A model generated the notes under the pieces. The model saw nothing but the letters and a program-made list of their open reading frames with translations. It ran no database searches and was not told where the DNA came from. Source: Gracilinanus agilis (taxonomy: Eukaryota). Taken from it: DNA of 64,000 nt. The translations under genes were made by a program, and so were the position numbers. The stretch covers positions 85,812,946 through 85,876,945 of the forward strand of contig NC_058132.1 in the NCBI RefSeq assembly GCF_016433145.1, written 5' to 3'. This document shows, in pieces, positions 62,878 to 64,000 of the stretch. The first letter of the stretch is position 1. The number at the start of each line of letters is the position of its first letter.

Positions 62878-63539
62878 CTAGAGGATTGAGAAGGTGAGGA
62901 TGGAGGGTGTCATCCCCCACACACCAAAGGGAGGGCTTTCCCCCATGCCCAGGGTCTCCCGCACAAGGGAAAGCCCTGCATCCGCAGACACCCACAGAGG
63001 AAATTGTGCACATACAGATATCAAAACTCCTCCTTTGCTATACTTGGGGGATGTCCACATACACACAGAAAGACTCCCTCTCTACCACATGCATGCACAC
63101 TCACGCAATCTCATAGTCACAAGGCAAACAGAATGGCTACTCCAGGCTCAAGATGTTCCATGTATCTTCAATCCAAAATGGTAGCTCATGGGATACAGAG
63201 GCCCACCTGATCTCCACCAAAAACCTGTGAGAGAATGGCTCAAAACAAATTTTGGAGCAACACAACCCACAAAGACAGGGTGAAATATTTCAGCCCAAAA
63301 TAACTTAGAAGGCTAGCACAAAAGACCTGTTGCACCAGGGTGGGAGTAGAGTACAAGCAGCATGCCAAGACAGGCCCCACTGAGGCAGCGAGCCTTGGGG
63401 GCAGTTGAATTGGCTGCAAAGGCTTCCAGAACTCGGGCCACAGACAGGGCGATTGGACAACTTCTCAGAAGGGGATTACAGAGGTCTCTTTGCTGGCTCT
63501 GAGTACAAGACATTGTATGACATTGTCCATACACAGATA

Positions 63540-64000
63540 CAGGTCACAGTCCCCTATCAGATTGGCTATTATCACAGAAAAGGAAAATGACAAAATTTGG
63601 AGGGGAATGTGAGAAAACCAAGACATTAATACACTGTGGAGGGAGCTGTAAACTGACCCATCCATTCTGGAGAGCAATTTGGACCTTTGGGCTATCCAAC
63701 AGTACATGCCCTTTGGCTCAGCAATATCACTACTAGCTTTGTATATCTAAAGAGCTAATAAACAAAAAGGGGAAGGACCTATATGTACAAAAATAAAGCA
63801 GCTTTTTGTGGGGGCAAAGAATTGGAAAGTGAGAGGATGCCCCTCAGCCAGGGAATGGCTGAGTTAAGTTATAGTGTGTGATTAGAGTGGAATACTATTG
63901 TTCTGTAAGAAATGATGAACAAGAGGAGCTCATAAAAATCTAGAAAGACTTAGACAAACTGAAGAAGAGTGAAGTAGAACCAGGAGAACATTGTATACAG
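63540..64000 (+). mobile_element. L1 ORF2 C-terminal fragment in a DNHD1 intron
   Basis: ggaatgtgagaaaaccaagacattaatacactg ... cattctggagagcaatttgg; gcaaagaattggaaagtgaga ... gggaatggctga; same motifs as the copy at 50870-51091. Confidence 0.8.

Overview
Vertebrate genomic DNA, most likely from a didelphid marsupial (inferred from SINE1_Mdo-like SINEs and RTE, L1, L2 and L3 relics). It is syntenic with human 11p15.4. Gene order: DCHS1 (+, 13 last exons, 5' part outside the window), TPP1 (+, complete, 569 aa), TAF10 (+, complete, 209 aa), ILK (-, complete, 452 aa), RRP8 (+, complete, 424 aa) and DNHD1 (-, last two exons). I placed all exons by hand from protein recognition plus GT-AG and phase consistency. 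Comparisons with human sequences are from memory, not from a search. The most striking observation is the penultimate DNHD1 exon: 2,828 bp, open throughout, carrying an in-frame ~1.6 kb mosaic tandem repeat. The repeat encodes ~540 aa of Pro/Gly/Ser-rich sequence inside the dynein C-terminal region, between conserved motifs that I recall being only ~40 aa apart in human. Other points: a 142-bp, 96%-identical duplication shared by TPP1 intron 2 and RRP8 intron 2; an internally deleted RPLP2 retrocopy; two hAT MITEs with the same 8-bp target sequence; back-to-back poly(A) signals for TAF10 and ILK; a compact ILK/RRP8 bidirectional promoter; and a 525-N assembly gap. TE boundaries without TSDs are approximate.
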